Notes: generated by a model from the letters alone, not told the origin. Numbered from the stretch's first letter, positions 25,041 through 39,499 are shown. The stretch: 64,000 nucleotides of DNA from Eledone cirrhosa (GCA_964016885.1 OZ024753.1:14198001-14262000), one strand, 5' to 3'. Numbers and translations: made by a program.

Positions 25041-26342
25041 CGAGGGGGGATCAAAAAGTTCGTGGAATTTTATCATAGTAAGAAAAAAATAGGTTAAAAC
25101 AATATTAAACATGTCAGAACATTGTCACTGGGTCTTTACCTTGCTATTAGTCACTTGCAGTCAGTTATGCGTGGACTATTGTACAGTACTGACACTCTTT
25201 AAAAAACCTCTTTTTGGAACAATGGAAAATAGTTATTTTGAGATGAGATCGAATATCAAGTTTCTGGTGAAACTCAAAAGGAAAGGGACACAGATTATGG
25301 AGGCTTTAGTTAAAGTTTACGGCACTACTGCCTCAAAGAAAACTGCTGTCTACAAATGGATTCAGTGATTCAAACAAGGGAGAGACGACTTTGAAGACGA
25401 CCATCGCAGTGGAAGACTAGGAACATCAAAAAATGACCAAACGTTGAGGCTGCTCAGACTTTTATTGAAGAAGATCGAAGAATAACAGTTAATCAGTTAG
25501 CTAAGTCCCTAGACATTTCATATGGTTCGGCAAATTCAATTCTGCACGATAATTTGGGACTAAGCAAGCTTTCAATGCGATGGGTCCCAAAAGCGTTGCG
25601 CCCTGATCAGCTGATTCTTCGAAGTGATCTGTCTTTGGCGATATTAAACAAAATTGAAGTTGATTAAGAGCATTTCCTTACCAGAATCATCACCGGAGAT
25701 GAAACCTGGATCTACCAGTATGATCCTGAATCCAAACAGCAGTCAAAACAGTGGCTTCCGCGTGGGGGCCAATCAAGTTCAAATCTCAAAAATCGGATAA
25801 AAAAGTGATGGCCACCATTTTCTGGGATTCAGATGGGGTGATACTAATAGATTATCTTGAAGGTCAAAGAACTGTGACAGGAGCTTACTATGCAAATGTT
25901 TTAAGGAAACTGAAAGAGGCATTAGTCAAGAAACGAAAAGGGAAACTTCATGGTGGGATCTTGTTTGACCATGACAATGCACCAGCGCATTCTGCATGGG
26001 TTGCAAAAGAAGTTCTTCAAGAATTTCGATGGGAAGTGCTTCCTCACCCGCCTTATAGTCCAGATTTAGCCCCATCAGACTTTTTCCTCTTTCCAAAACT
26101 CAAAGAAATGCTAAAAGGAACCCGTTATAGTGGTGTTGAAAAAGCTAAAAACAATGCCAACACATGGCTTCGAACAAGGCCTTCAACTTTCTTTAGAGAC
26201 GGCTCTCGAAGCTGGAAGCATCCCCTTGTGAAGTGTATTGACCGGGATGGCAACTATGTAGAAAAATAAATTGAAGGTAAATCATATTTTTTGAAAAATA
26301 GAATATTTTCTGAAAAATTCTGCGAACTTTTTGATCCCCCCT

Positions 26343-26344
<2 letters not shown>
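25041..26344 (+). mobile_element. Full-length decayed mariner (DD34D) transposon
   Basis: TIRs CGAGGGGGGATCAAAAAGTTCG / CGAACTTTTTGATCCCCCCTTG|TA, about 1.3 kb. Confidence 0.95.
25222..26269 (+). pseudogene. Mariner transposase pseudogene
   Basis: WVPKAL, ITGDETWIYQYD, HDNAPAH, HPPYSPDLAPSDF motifs; in-frame stops and frameshifts. Confidence 0.93.
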
Positions 26345-26383
<39 letters not shown>

Positions 26384-26417
26384 GTTTTAGTTTGCTTGAA
26401 GCATTGTTGAATAGGAG

Positions 26418-26488
<71 letters not shown>

Positions 26489-26729
26489 TATATATATATA
26501 TATATATATATTTATTAAAATAACCGATTATATTTTAAGCAAAGAATCGCTGCTTTCACCCTTAACGGGATCTTCTCAGAAGATCCCGTTAAGGGTGAAA
26601 GCAGCAATTCTTTACTTAAACTTTAATCTGTTATTTTAATAAATATTTGCTCTACAGTTCTTATATATTTGATATATATTTATCCTTATCGAGCCCTCTT
26701 TGGATTTTAGTCTTCAAATTTATTATTAT

Positions 26730-26781
<52 letters not shown>

Positions 26782-27220
26782 GAAGATAGATGTTAAATGA
26801 TGATGATGATGATATATATATATGATATATATATGAGTGTGTATGTGTGTATATATATATGAATATGTGTCTGTGTGGTACGTGTGTATGAATATGTGTG
26901 TAAGATCACATTTTTAAGTGTATGTATGCATTTTTCTCTTTCTCTATATATATATTAAAAAAAAAGTCTGTCTTAAGCCAGAAGGATCATTTGGTGTCAT
27001 GGCGTGAAGCGACTGAGAGTACAAGACTCCCCCCTGGACAGGACGCCAGTCCATTGCAGGGTTAAACCTCCAGCTATTGCTGGTACTCATTTTCAGCTGA
27101 GTATACTGGAGCAACGTGAAATGAAGGGTTTTGCTCAAGAACACAACATGCAACCCAGGAATCAAACCCACGACATTATGATCGTAAGTCCAACACACTT
27201 ACCACTAGGCCACGTGCCTC

Positions 27221-27283
<63 letters not shown>

Positions 27284-27419
27284 TACACACATGTATATTA
27301 TTTTTTAAAGTGCCTTTATATTAAATGTTTTTTTTTATTATTGTTGTTGTTTTTATTTATACTGATTAATCAATGAATTTAAAGTTTCCCTGGGATTTTT
27401 TTACATTGTTCAGCACTGT

Positions 27420-28090
27420 GGATACACACACACACACATACTCACACAAACACAAACACAGATATACACTTACACATGTACAAACACATACAGATACACA
27501 CACATACACAAACACACACACATACATTCACACTCACACATAGTCACACAAACACACAAGCACACATACATACACACTCACACATACGCATAGATACACA
27601 CACATACTCACACAAACACACATGTACAAACACAAACACAGATACAGATACACACACATACACAAACACACACACACATACACACACAAACACATACATA
27701 CACACGCATGTACAAACACAAACACACAGGCACACATACATACACACTCACACATACGCATAGATACACACACATACTCACACAAACACACACATACACA
27801 CACAAACACATACATACACACACAAACACAAACACACACACACATATACATATACACACAAACACGTACGTACAAACACAAACAGATGTGTACAGCAAGC
27901 GCACATGCACACGCAAAGACACATGCATACACAAACATGCACAAAGACACACACACACACACATATACATATACACACAAACACATACGTACAAACACAA
28001 ACACATGCGTACATAAACGCACATGCACACACAAAGACACATGCATACACAAACATGCACAAAGACACACACTCACACACACATATATAG
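27420..28090. repeat. Degenerate (CA)n microsatellite field
   Basis: Low-complexity CA-rich tract. Confidence 0.95.
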
Positions 28091-29075
28091 AACGTCGGAT
28101 TGAATGCTTTGTAGTATTCGTTCCAGCTCTCTGAGTTCAAATCCCACCAAGGTCAACTTTGCCTTTCATCCTTTCAAGGTCGATAAAAAAAGTACCAGTC
28201 AAGTACTGGGGTTGATTCTTCCTCTATGTCTCTTTCACATTTCCTCTCTCCCACTTTCTATCTTTCTCTGGAAGAAATATTCTGTACTCAGGCCTGGAGA
28301 GGGATGGGCTCCACCACGCTTAAAATTCCAAAGAAACGCTGTATCTTAATACAGCACCACTACAACTCTATCAGAAGTTATGGGACCATACATACATCTT
28401 ACCCAATTACACCTCTCAAAGGCGATGACACACGACCGTGACCTCTGGCGTCACCCAGTAATACAGAGTACCCGACCTCCCATGGGTACAAGCTGAAGCA
28501 TATAGACAATATGCCCCCACACCCTCCCACTGCAAGGTGGTCGTGGAGGTGCCACGGCAAAAAAGCACCCAGCCCACACTGTAAAGTGGACGTGTAGGCG
28601 CCACGGCAAAAAAGCACCCAGCACTCACTGTAAATGAGGTTGGTGTTAGGAAGGGCATCCAGCTGTAGAAATCAAGCCTGAATCAGTTCCTGTATGAGAA
28701 AAGGCATGGTCAGCCGACCAGACACTGCCCACAACAGGACAACCTCTCTAACCCATGCTAGCGTGGAAGAACGGACGTAAAACGGTGATGATGATGAAAT
28801 ATATATATATATATATAACAAAGGAAATGTGGTAAGGAACCAGGTGGACCATAACGCACCAAAGTACTCAATACTTAAGGTAGTAGAGTGGGTAATAGGA
28901 ACGAGTAGGACCCCGACGGCTGAGCTCAAGCCGTTTTGACGGCTAATTCTGTCCAGAATTAGCCGTCGAAACGGCTTGAGCTCAGCCATTGGGGTCCTAC
29001 TCGTTCCTATATATATATATATATATAATTCAATGATATTAAATAAATGGAAACTATATTTATAAAACCATATTA

Positions 29076-29133
29076 TTCTATTATATATATTTCAAGGGTA
29101 CGAAAACTTTTGGTACGCTATCATCAGATAAAA
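29076..29133 (-). ncRNA. Type I hammerhead ribozyme (family of 19145)
   Basis: - strand TTTTAT-CTGATGA-TAGCGTACC...GTACCCTT-GAAA-TATATA-TA-ATAGAA. Confidence 0.62.
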
Positions 29134-29299
29134 TACAAAATGTTTTATAAATATTTGACATGACCAAAGATAATATACCTTAATGGTTCAAGTTATCCCT
29201 GGAAAACTATCATTGAATACTTACTCCAGAAACTGTTGAGTGCTCTGAATCACTTATAAACATCTACATTTGTTGGATTTCCAACAAATTAAATATCTC

Positions 29300-29365
<66 letters not shown>

Positions 29366-30139
29366 TCATCAACATTGTTTAACGTCTATCTTCCATGCTA
29401 GCATGGGTTAGACGGGAATTGTCCAATTTGAGGCAAGATTGGTCGGGTGACCGTATCTTGCTCGTATAGGACTATCTAGCAGGTTTTCTACGGCTGGATG
29501 CCCTTCCTAACATCAACCACATTTACAGTGTGGACTGGGAGCCTTTTTACCATGTTACCTACACGACCACATTACAGCGTGGACTATGTTTATATATATA
29601 TATATATATATATCAAATCATGGTAGTTACGACGGGATTAATTCACCATAATTGTTTACATGGTTATTCATGTGACTTTGTATGCAATCATATGTGCAGT
29701 TATGAAATCATTAGGATATGCCGGTGGCATGTCTATTGGCATATGCCGACCCATTTCACTACTGGATAAACGTACATGACCACCAGCATATCACAATGAT
29801 TGCATAACTGCACCAATGATTGCATAATCACCTTACAAAGTTACATGAATAATCATGTAACAGAAATATATATAATGCAATAAACAATTATGGTGAATTA
29901 ATCCCGTCTTAACAACCATTATTTGATAAATATATACTCCGTCACTCGTTATCACCTACCTCAGATATCAGATAAAATACTGATGTGTAGTGCTTTCGTT
30001 TGCTAGGACTTGCTTATCCTCAAAAAGTTACATTTCATCATAAACAGGCTTCACGAAGCAATACAATTTCCTATGGAATGTAATAAAAAGGAACTACTGT
30101 TTCTGGATATCAAAAATGGTAGTTCCTTTTTATTACATT

Positions 30140-32020
30140 ATAAGATATGAAGATGGGGAAGGCAACCGGTCCATCGGGTATAGCTGCCGAGATGCTGAAG
30201 GCATCTGGGTCTGTAGCTCACACTATAACCACACGTATTGTAACCAGGTAATACTAGAAGGTGTCATACCAAAATATTGGTGCAGTAGCATCATTGTCAA
30301 CTGCTACAAAGGTAAAGGTGATGCACTAGATAGAGGAAACTATAGAGGTATAAAGCTGATGGACCAGGTCATGAAAGTAACAGAAAGAGTTATAGCACAG
30401 TAGATTAGGGACCGGGTGAAACTAGATGAGATGCAATTTGGGTTTGTACCAGGAAGAGGCACCACTGATACCCTCTTCCTTGTGAGGCAGTTACAGGAAA
30501 AGTACCTAGCTAAAAGTAAGCCACTCTACCTGGCATTCGTCAATCTCGAGAAAGCCTTTGACAGAGTTTCACGTGCTATAATCTGGCGGGCTCTTAGAAA
30601 ACTAGGAGTAGATGAATGGCTTGTGAAAGCTGTACAAGCCATGAATAGGGGAGCAGTCAGCAAAGTTAGGATTAGCAATGAGTATAGCGAGGAATTTAGC
30701 GTACAGGTTGGTGTCCACCAGGGCTCTGTTCTTAGCCCTCTCCTGTTCATCATAGTCCTGCAGGCAATAACGGAGGAGTTTAAGACCGGATGCCCATGGG
30801 AACTCCTGTATGCAGATGACCTCGCACTTATAGCTGAATCTATGGTAGAACTAGAGAAGAAATTCCAAACTTGGAAGCAGGGACTAGAAAGAAAGGGTCT
30901 CAAAGTCAACCTGACAAAGACTAAGGTCCTTGTGTAAGTAGACTAGAAAACAGAACCCAGATCCCCCCAGGGAAATGGCCTTGCTCAGTATGTAGGAAAG
31001 GTGTAAGTAGGAACTCCATTCTCTGCCCCAAATGCAAACAATGGGTACACAAGAGATGTAGCGGGATCTCAAGAAGCTTAATTAAGAATGTAGGCTTCAC
31101 ATGTAGCAGCTGTGCTGGGGCAGCAAGCAGCAAACAGCCACAGGAAACAAGTACCATCAATCTCTGGGAGGGCTCTGTAGAAACAGTAGACAGCTTCTAC
31201 CTAGGTGACCGAATTAGCAGCGGAGGTGGGTGTTCAGAAAGTACAATAACTAGGGTAAGAACGGGATGAAAGATGGGAACTACTGCCACTGCTAGCTGCA
31301 AAAGGCTTTTCCTTCAAAATGAAAGGCAGACTGTATGATGCGTGTATACGAACAGCAATGTTACATGGTAGTGAGACCTGGGCGCTGAAGGTGGAAGACT
31401 TACGTAGATTAGAAAGAAACGAAGCCTGCATGCTCCGATGGATGTGTAATATACGTGAACGGCAAAGCATAAATGAATTGAGAGAGAGACTGAGCATAAA
31501 AGGAATCAAATGCTGTGTGCAGGAGAGGCGGTTGCATTGGTATGGACATGTGATGCGTATGAAGGATGACAGCTGCATAAAAAGGTGCAGAGCACTAGAA
31601 GTCAATGGAAACCGCGGAGTGGGGAGACCCAAGAAGACCTGGGATAAGGTGATAAAAGCTGACCTTACCCAATTACACCTCTCAAAGGCGATGGATGACA
31701 CACGACCGTGACCTCTGGCGCCACACAGTAATACAGAGTACCCGAACTCCCATGGGTACAAGCTGAAGCTTATAGACAATATGCTCCCACACCCTCCCAC
31801 TGCAAAGTGGTCGTGGAGGTGCCATGGCAAAAAAGCACCCAGCACTCACTGTAAATGAGGTTGGTGTTAGGAAGGGCATCCAGCTGTAGAAATCAAGCCA
31901 AAATCAGTTCCTGTATGAGCAAGGCATGGTCAGCCGACCAGACACTGCCCACAACAGGACAACCCGTCTAACCCATGCTAGCATGGAAGAACGGACGTAA
32001 AACGGTGATGATGATGATGA
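30140..32020 (+). mobile_element. 5'-truncated decayed RTE LINE (RT domain to 3' tail)
   Basis: QFGF, AFVNLEKAFD, GVHQGSVLSP, YADDL motifs; stops present; (GAT)n tail. Confidence 0.93.
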
Positions 32021-32039
32021 AGGGGAAAATATCAAAACA

Positions 32040-32420
32040 GACCTATTTTACCAACCAACAGACACACACCACTTGAATTTCCAATCAGCACACCCCTCAC
32101 ATACTGAAAGGAACATTCCCTTTAACATGGCAAGATGCATTTGCACCATAGTAAAACACCCCACACTATAGAAAAAAAAATTATATGAACTAAAAGAGTT
32201 CCTTAAAAGACAAGAATATCTGGTGAACATCATCAATACGACCATCTCCAAAGCCCAGAACATCTCAGTTACAACACTGAGAAAAACAAACCAACAAAAT
32301 AAAAGGAAAAAAGCATTTTGTCATCACTCACAATCCAAGGAACTTCAACATTGTGAAAGCTGCTAAACAATATCTCTCGATTCTCCAGCAGTCCCCTAAA
32401 ATAAATGCAGTCATAAAAGA
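32040..32420 (+). mobile_element. Penelope-like element fragment (RT thumb/linker)
   Basis: Reads Y.PTDTHH-LNFQSAHPSHTERNIPFNMARCICTIV, typical of the post-RT region of PLEs. Confidence 0.65.
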
Positions 32421-33425
32421 CGATTTGGACGTTAAATTTCAGGAAGAATTCATTGAACTTCAAGCAGATGACATGATCAAAATTAGATTTCCCAAAATAG
32501 GTGAACCCCTTTTTGGGATGCAAGAGGAAATTCAGCATTGATTTCCACACCTATATGCAGAGGCTAAGAGATTTGCTCTGCCTTTTCCAAGCTCATACTT
32601 AGTCGAGAGGAGGTTTGGTGTTGTTTCCAGACTACACAGTAAGGCTCGCAACCGCTACAATGTAATTACACGTGGAGATCTCTGGCTACATCTTAGGAAA
32701 ATTCAGCCTCATGTCAAAGAGTTAGCTAGACTCCATGAAGCTCAAGGGTCCCATTGAAATGAGTCAAAGTTAAAGTAAGTTGATTTATCCGAAAACTTGG
32801 ATATGCTATTGTTACAAAGCAAACTAACAATTTTTTTATTTGTAGTTGCAGTCTGACTGGACTGGAAACCATCTACTACAATTCACTTACTCATTTGTGG
32901 TATATATTTTACCATTTATTAATAAATATACCCTCCCGCATGGTCATGAAAACCCTCTTCCGTGGTCTCTAAGCTCACAAAGCAGAGGGACATCAAGTTT
33001 GATATCAACATTTATTCTGTCCGTTTCATTAAAGGGAAAATTGGAAAGCTTTGAAATGATATAATTGCCACTTTCTTCCAGATAAGAGCACTCTTGGGAT
33101 AGACAGAGTTGCTCTGGTATAAATGTTCAAAATAGCTGGTATCACCCGGTGGGAATATAACAAATTCAACTGGTCCTTATTCATAAAAAAGAACATTTAT
33201 GTTCCTTTTTTTTGAAATTTATATATTTCCTTTCAAGGAATGTATTTATACTCTCAGCTGCCTGAATATTGTTAATCAATTTTTTAGTAATCTACTGATA
33301 TCAAAATCAGTAGTATATTGAAAAATGGAAAAATAGGGTGTGTGTGGGGGGTGGGGGTGGGGGGTGGGTTCGTGATTTCAAGGGACAAAAGGGGGCGTTT
33401 GGCCTAAATGGGTTGAGAACCTGTG
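32420..33425 (+). mobile_element. hAT (Buster/Charlie-type) transposon 3' portion
   Basis: C-terminal dimerisation region ...LPFPSSYLVERRFG...KARNR...RGDL.L.L...QGSH-stop (to 32758); terminal GGTTGAGAACC resembles a Buster TIR. Confidence 0.8.
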
Positions 33426-34778
33426 GTGTAGATGTATATGTATGTGTGTGTGTATAGGTATATATATATGGATATATGTGTGTATGTGTGTGTATAAGTA
33501 TATATGTGTGAGAGCATGTGCATGTGTAAATATATGGGTATGTATGAACTAGAATATGTATATGGGCTGTATGTATATTTATATGTAGGGAAGTAAATAT
33601 GTGAGCTAGTATGATTCCCCCACCTCCTCTCCCAAACCAATATCAACAACACACATTTCTATCAACAAATATTTCAAAACTAACCTTATTTTTCTCTTTG
33701 TTGTCATCCCCTTTTTATCAAAAGACATGTATCTTACACCTCATTAACCCAACACACACCCAAATTCATCTTTAATATAGAAAATAAGAAACAGAGGTGC
33801 TGTACTCATATTTAAACAATGGTTGTATTTAATCAATGGTTGTATTCAATCAATGGTTGTATTTAATTAATGGTTGTATTTAATTAATTAATGGTTGTAT
33901 TTAATTAATTAATGGTTGTATTTAATTAATCAATAGTTGTATTTAATTAATGGTTGTACCACAACATAGCCACAGCATGTGGGTTGTTCCTGTAAGTTAT
34001 ATTTGCTTTCTAAGGATTCAAACTATAAATAGGAATTCACAATGTTCGTCACAAGTATGAGAATACACTCTTGACAGGTGCAATGTGTCCGAACACGGAA
34101 GAGCCAAACTCCCACTGTCATCGCCTCCATCTCTCTCGCCCTCCCCATCTCTCTATATAGTGAGCAAATGGGGTTCCACATGCTGGCTGCCCACCGGACA
34201 GAATGGAGAATGCATTTCCCCAGAGGATGGTAAGGGAGATGCGCTGGAAGAGCCATTCCATCTCGCAAGGCTCACACCTGTGGCTGGCCAGCTCAGTGCT
34301 TATAATGGTGAATAGGGAGGTAGCCCTAGGGCCAAGGACACCAGAAGTGTCGGAGAGCGACTGGTAATATAGAAAATTGTTGAAGTTTTTCTTTATAAAT
34401 TTAAGATAGTTTATTCAGCTATAAAAAAAAGAATTTGAAAAGCATCTGTTCATTATATTTCGCTAGTATTTTAAGGAACCAGCAGGAGGGTACTTTCACA
34501 ATACATTTCTAAAACACTCCTTAAACACTCTCAATCAAATCTCTTATATATAGAGTCACACAATCTGAGATAAGTTTGACAATCGCCACCGATGAATGCA
34601 AGAAAATTCTCCATGAAAGATAACCAAGAATCTTTTAAAAATCTCACCACTGAAGTTAACAAAGAACTTACTAGATCTACAAAACCAAATTGTAAAATTA
34701 TAATATAAAATTAGATTGTTTAGAACTAGTGAAGTGAAGTCATTCTTTTCCTTTTTTCAAATATATATATATATATAT

Positions 34779-34999
34779 ATTCATTAGTTAAGCAAAACAA
34801 GACCACAAATTTCACAAGGAAGACATTATTAAAAGATTGTCAACATATTTTAGTTTGATGTAAGGAATGTAGAGAATAATAATATTATTATTATTATTAT
34901 TCTCTACATTCCTTACATCAAACTAAAATATGTTGACAATCTTTTAATAATGTCTTCCTTGTGAAATTAGTGGTCTTGTTTTGCTTAACTAATGAATAT
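34779..34999. repeat. Near-perfect ~105-bp-arm palindrome; a single-arm copy lies at 24060-24170
   Basis: ATTCATTAGTTAAGCAAAACAAGACC ... GGTCTTGTTTTGCTTAACTAATGAAT. Confidence 0.9.
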
Positions 35000-35163
35000 T
35001 TCCAGCTCTGCACTTCTAACTTCTGCATGAACCCAGCCACCTAGCTGCTTTCTACTGCATATTGCACATTGAGCACATGCCTTTACGCTTTGGCTTCTAA
35101 CTAATTCACCAATCTCTCCTCTCCTATCTCCATCTCTCTCTTTAAGATTGGTTACTCTTGAAC

Positions 35164-35217
<54 letters not shown>

Positions 35218-35424
35218 AGGTAATATATATATCCATTTAGGTTTGTTGGTTCACGACTGGATAGAACTGGTCATTCCGTATAGTCAACCTTGATGTAATA
35301 TTAGGGAGAGCACTCGACGTAATGCAACTCACCCTTCGTTTGTGTTGTTGGTGGTGCGAGTACGGAGTTAATTATTATAAAATAACAGGAGGCTGGACTG
35401 GTGTAATTCCTTAAAAGGTTTATT

Positions 35425-35482
35425 ATACTATGAACATTTCAATGACTGAGTTCAGTATGAATCCGGTGACATCATCAGGTAT
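35425..35482 (-). ncRNA. Type I hammerhead ribozyme
   Basis: - strand ATAC-CTGATGA-stem II-GAAATG(TT)CATA^GTAT. Confidence 0.65.
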
Positions 35483-35639
35483 TCTAAATTTAACAAAGGA
35501 ATATAATAGACACAATCCATGGGGCTGAACAGCCAGAGAGACGAGAAGAGGGCCAAACATTTAGCAGTTTCTAGTCCGGTCGGCCGCCTTCTCGTCTCTC
35601 TGGCTTTTCAGCGCCATGGATTGTGTCTGTTATGTTCCT

Positions 35640-35674
<35 letters not shown>

Positions 35675-35675
<1 letters not shown>

Positions 35676-36065
35676 GAGGGTAATCCCAAAAGTACCGTCT
35701 CCAAAGCAATGGGGACCCAGAGAAACTGTTCGTACGGCTGTTGGCAACACTGTTGTGATTGGTGCTTCCTTCACTCCCAAAGAAGCATGCGCGCGCTTCG
35801 CTAGGATGCACAATTTTGGCGTGGCAGCCGTTGAGAATGGAGCTCCCGTTGAACGCTACCGCCAAGTACAAATTTCGCGCAGTTATTATATAGAGGGCAA
35901 TCCCAAAAGTAAGTCTCCTTCCGACGAAAACATACGTAAAGAACGGCGGATCACTCTGGATGCTCTCTGCATTTTGGTTCCTGAGGTTTCCCGAAGCACC
36001 ATCCACAGGATTTTAACGGAAAAGTTGCAATATCGGAAGGAGATCTTCCTTTTGGGATTGCCCTC

Positions 36066-36066
<1 letters not shown>
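35675..36066. mobile_element. Mariner-derived MITE, same family as 8646-9038
   Basis: TA|CGAGGGTAATCCCAAAAG ... CTTTTGGGATTGCCCTCG|TA. Confidence 0.88.
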
Positions 36067-36116
<50 letters not shown>

Positions 36117-36233
36117 TATAACTATACTGCTTTTTTTAAACCTGTTTCTAGACACAAAAACATCGTTCACTGAATCATAAGGGGAGATCACTCTAATTGT
36201 TCTTCCTGTTAGTCTGTTGTGAAACTTACAACG

Positions 36234-36347
36234 ATGGCAGATGTGTCGTCTCTCACGGAGGAAGATTTCACTAAACAAGTCGAAAAATGTGTTTATATTT
36301 TGAAGAAAGCTGGAACGGACAACGAGAAGCTGGCAGGACTAATGATG
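36234..36347 (+). CDS. NCDN: Neurochondrin, coding exon 1
   Basis: ACGATGG start context; MADVSSLTEEDFTKQVEKCVYILKKAGTDNEKLAGLMM resembles NCDN (L..AKNDSEQFAALLL); donor gtttgt, phase 0. Confidence 0.88.
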
Positions 36348-36731
36348 GTTTGTGTAGAGGACTTTTTATGTACATTTTATCTCCTGTAGTTTTTCTTTCA
36401 CCCTGCTTCGCACGCCCCCCTCTCCCCGACTTTGTATACTCGTAACTTTCTTGCTAATTAATATTTCTTAATGAAATTTGCCCGAGATACACTTTCTAAT
36501 CATGTAAATTACAATTATGTTTATGTTTATGAAAAAAAAAATGATAATAATTAGTTTAATATGCTAATACTTTCATTTTTGTATATAGTCCTTTTTACTG
36601 AAAACTTTCCAGTCTCGGAGATTTTCAATCGAAAACTCTCCAATTTAATTTGGCTAATCGATAATACCAATCAGTATAATATCATTGATTTTCTAGAGGA
36701 ACGTAATGTCATTTCTAGAAACAAGAACTGC

Positions 36732-36804
<73 letters not shown>

Positions 36805-37134
36805 CAAGTCACGTGGAGTTGAGAAGACGGTGGCGATTTGAATTTGAAATTCTTTTTATTTTTTAAAGAATATTTTAATTTATTTTTACGATATAGTTAC
36901 ATAAAATTTACAGTAGAATAACATAACAAATATGTTTTAAATATATACATAAATAAGATTACAAATGCTTCGATAACATTATAAATAGCTCACGATTCAT
37001 TCAGAAAGATATATTCTTTTAATGTTGCAATATTAAAGAAAATGTAAAAGAAGGGGTGAACAACGGAGTCAACACCAGAACAAAAGACAGCGACGCCGCG
37101 AGTACTGAGCAACCTCTCTAATGATTTTTTAGGC

Positions 37135-37502
37135 AAGCCAGCACTCGCAGCGTTGCCTCGGGTGATGGCGAGGCTGATGCGCTGAAACAGCTAAGCACCC
37201 TCGCGAGATTCGCCAGTCACCTCTATTAGGCGAGCCGCCAGTGAAGAGAGGAACCTCGCAGTGAGCGGCCCGACTCCGCCAAACGTCTCGAAAGCCACAA
37301 GCTGAAAAATGTAGCTGGCCAACAATTTGAGGGTCCTACTCCGCTCGGCTGCAGAAGCTGTGTCTCTCGTCCTAAACGCAGCATCCAGAATGTGGGAAGA
37401 AGCAAAAGAGTCACTAACAGTGACGTCCCAGACAAGGCACCTGCCTCTCGCCCACTGGCACAGGGTAAGGCCGTCAGGTCTTTTTCCTTCACCTCTGGAC
37501 AA
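37135..37502 (-). mobile_element. CRE-like non-LTR retrotransposon 3' fragment (restriction-like endonuclease)
   Basis: KRPDGLTL..W..GR.LVWDVTV, F..VAFETFGG.G, RISLAITRGNA. Confidence 0.8.
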
Positions 37503-37638
37503 CCCAGATTTGAATTGAATTAGCAGCTTTCACCGTATATTTTTACAACAGAATATAGTCTAATAATGGGGCATAACTGAGAAAAAATGGATACCAGCAC
37601 GCGTGGGTATCGAACTCAAAACTCTTATTTTATAAATA

Positions 37639-37837
37639 CGAGGGTGACGGTCGGCTGAAAAGTTCATAGGCTGACTATGAAGGAATGATGCTAGAGCTGT
37701 GAAATCTTGCATGCAATAATTTCGACTCTTAATAATAACTATTGTTTCTATCCAGGGACTATGTTGAAAAATAAACCTCATTTGGTCATTCAATGAGAGT
37801 ATCTTGGTCAGCCTATGAACCGCTCAGCCGGACTTCG
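37639..37837. mobile_element. Short mariner-type MITE
   Basis: TA|CGAGGG..CGGCTGAAAAGTTCATAGGCTGAC ... GTCAGCCTATGAAC..TCAGCCG..TCG|TA. Confidence 0.75.
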
Positions 37838-38370
37838 TATATATAATATATATATATATCATATCATCATTTTACGTCCGCTTTTCCCTGCTTGCAAGGG
37901 TGGGACGGGAACTGATTCTGGCTAGATTTCTACAGCTGGATGCCCTTCCTAACACCAACCTCATTTACAGTGAGTGCTGGGCGCTTTTTTTTTCCGTGGC
38001 ACCTACACGTCCACTTTACAGTGAGTGCTGGGTGCTTTTTTGCCGTGGCACCTCCACGATCACTTTGCAGTGGAATGATAGGGACCCCAGTCCCTATCAT
38101 CTCATTTCTACAGCTGAGTAAACTGGAGCAATGTGAAATAAAGTGTCTTGCTCAAGGAAACAACACATCACTCGGTCTGAGAATTGAACTCACAACCTTT
38201 CGATTGCAAGGCCAATATATATATATATATATATATGTAGATAAATCTACCAAGAGTTTACGGTAGTGTCCAATCCGTATGAAGAACTCAATGTATTCCG
38301 GATATCATGGAAAGAAGAGATGTAATGAAAAATCACTTTCGGTGAAAGATAAACGGTATACAGAGTCAAG

Positions 38371-39217
38371 ATAAAATATTAAACAAATAATGAATAAACA
38401 ATGAGACAGTTCCTTATATTAAACAAAAAAAGTTCATTATTTAACGATCGTTTCTAGGATATATATGTGTTAGAATTGGCATGCATATTCAACAGATCTA
38501 TGTACAAAATTATACAAAATTATACAAACTATCAAGATTAAATATACATACCAACACATATATACGCCGTCTTCAGAAATAATGAAGTATATTTATTGAT
38601 AATAACAACAATTCAAAATTTCAGGTCCGTTTGGGAACAAAATTGACCAATGAAAACACAAAAGGTTAAATGCAGTTCGGTGTGTGTATATACATGTAAA
38701 ACCCTTACACATATTTTACAAAAATGTATGTATAATTTGTATACGCATACTAAAAGGATGGATGCAGATACAAAATTTCAAGGTTAATGTCTCTGTAAGT
38801 TTATAATGCACAGATAAGATGCGTATAGACACACAAATATGAAATTAAGTATATAAATATATTTTTTCATACTCACATATATCCGTACAATCACACATAC
38901 ACGCGCGTATATGCATAAATATACACATAACCACGAACATACAAACACACACACACCCCCACTCACATTTATATATGTGGATATAAAATCATAAGCACAT
39001 GGATATTAATTCACTCACATAAACACTGGCACACACATTTAGATCAAGATACAGAAATTAGGTGGGAGGGGGGGGAGAGGTCAGTATTCAACGGTCTGGG
39101 CAGACTGCTTAATATAGATGTATCTATAAACTAAGAAAATAAAAAATAATAAATAATAAATAAACATTAAAGAGGAAAGAATAGAAAGAAAAAAGAAAAA
39201 AGAAATATATCAAGAAA

Positions 39218-39304
<87 letters not shown>

Positions 39305-39450
39305 CACACACTCACACACATACATATATATACACACATATACAAACACATACATACATATACACACATCCACACTAAGAACATACATACACACATATAT
39401 AAACATATACATATACACACATACATACATATACACATATACATATAAAT

Positions 39451-39499
<49 letters not shown>

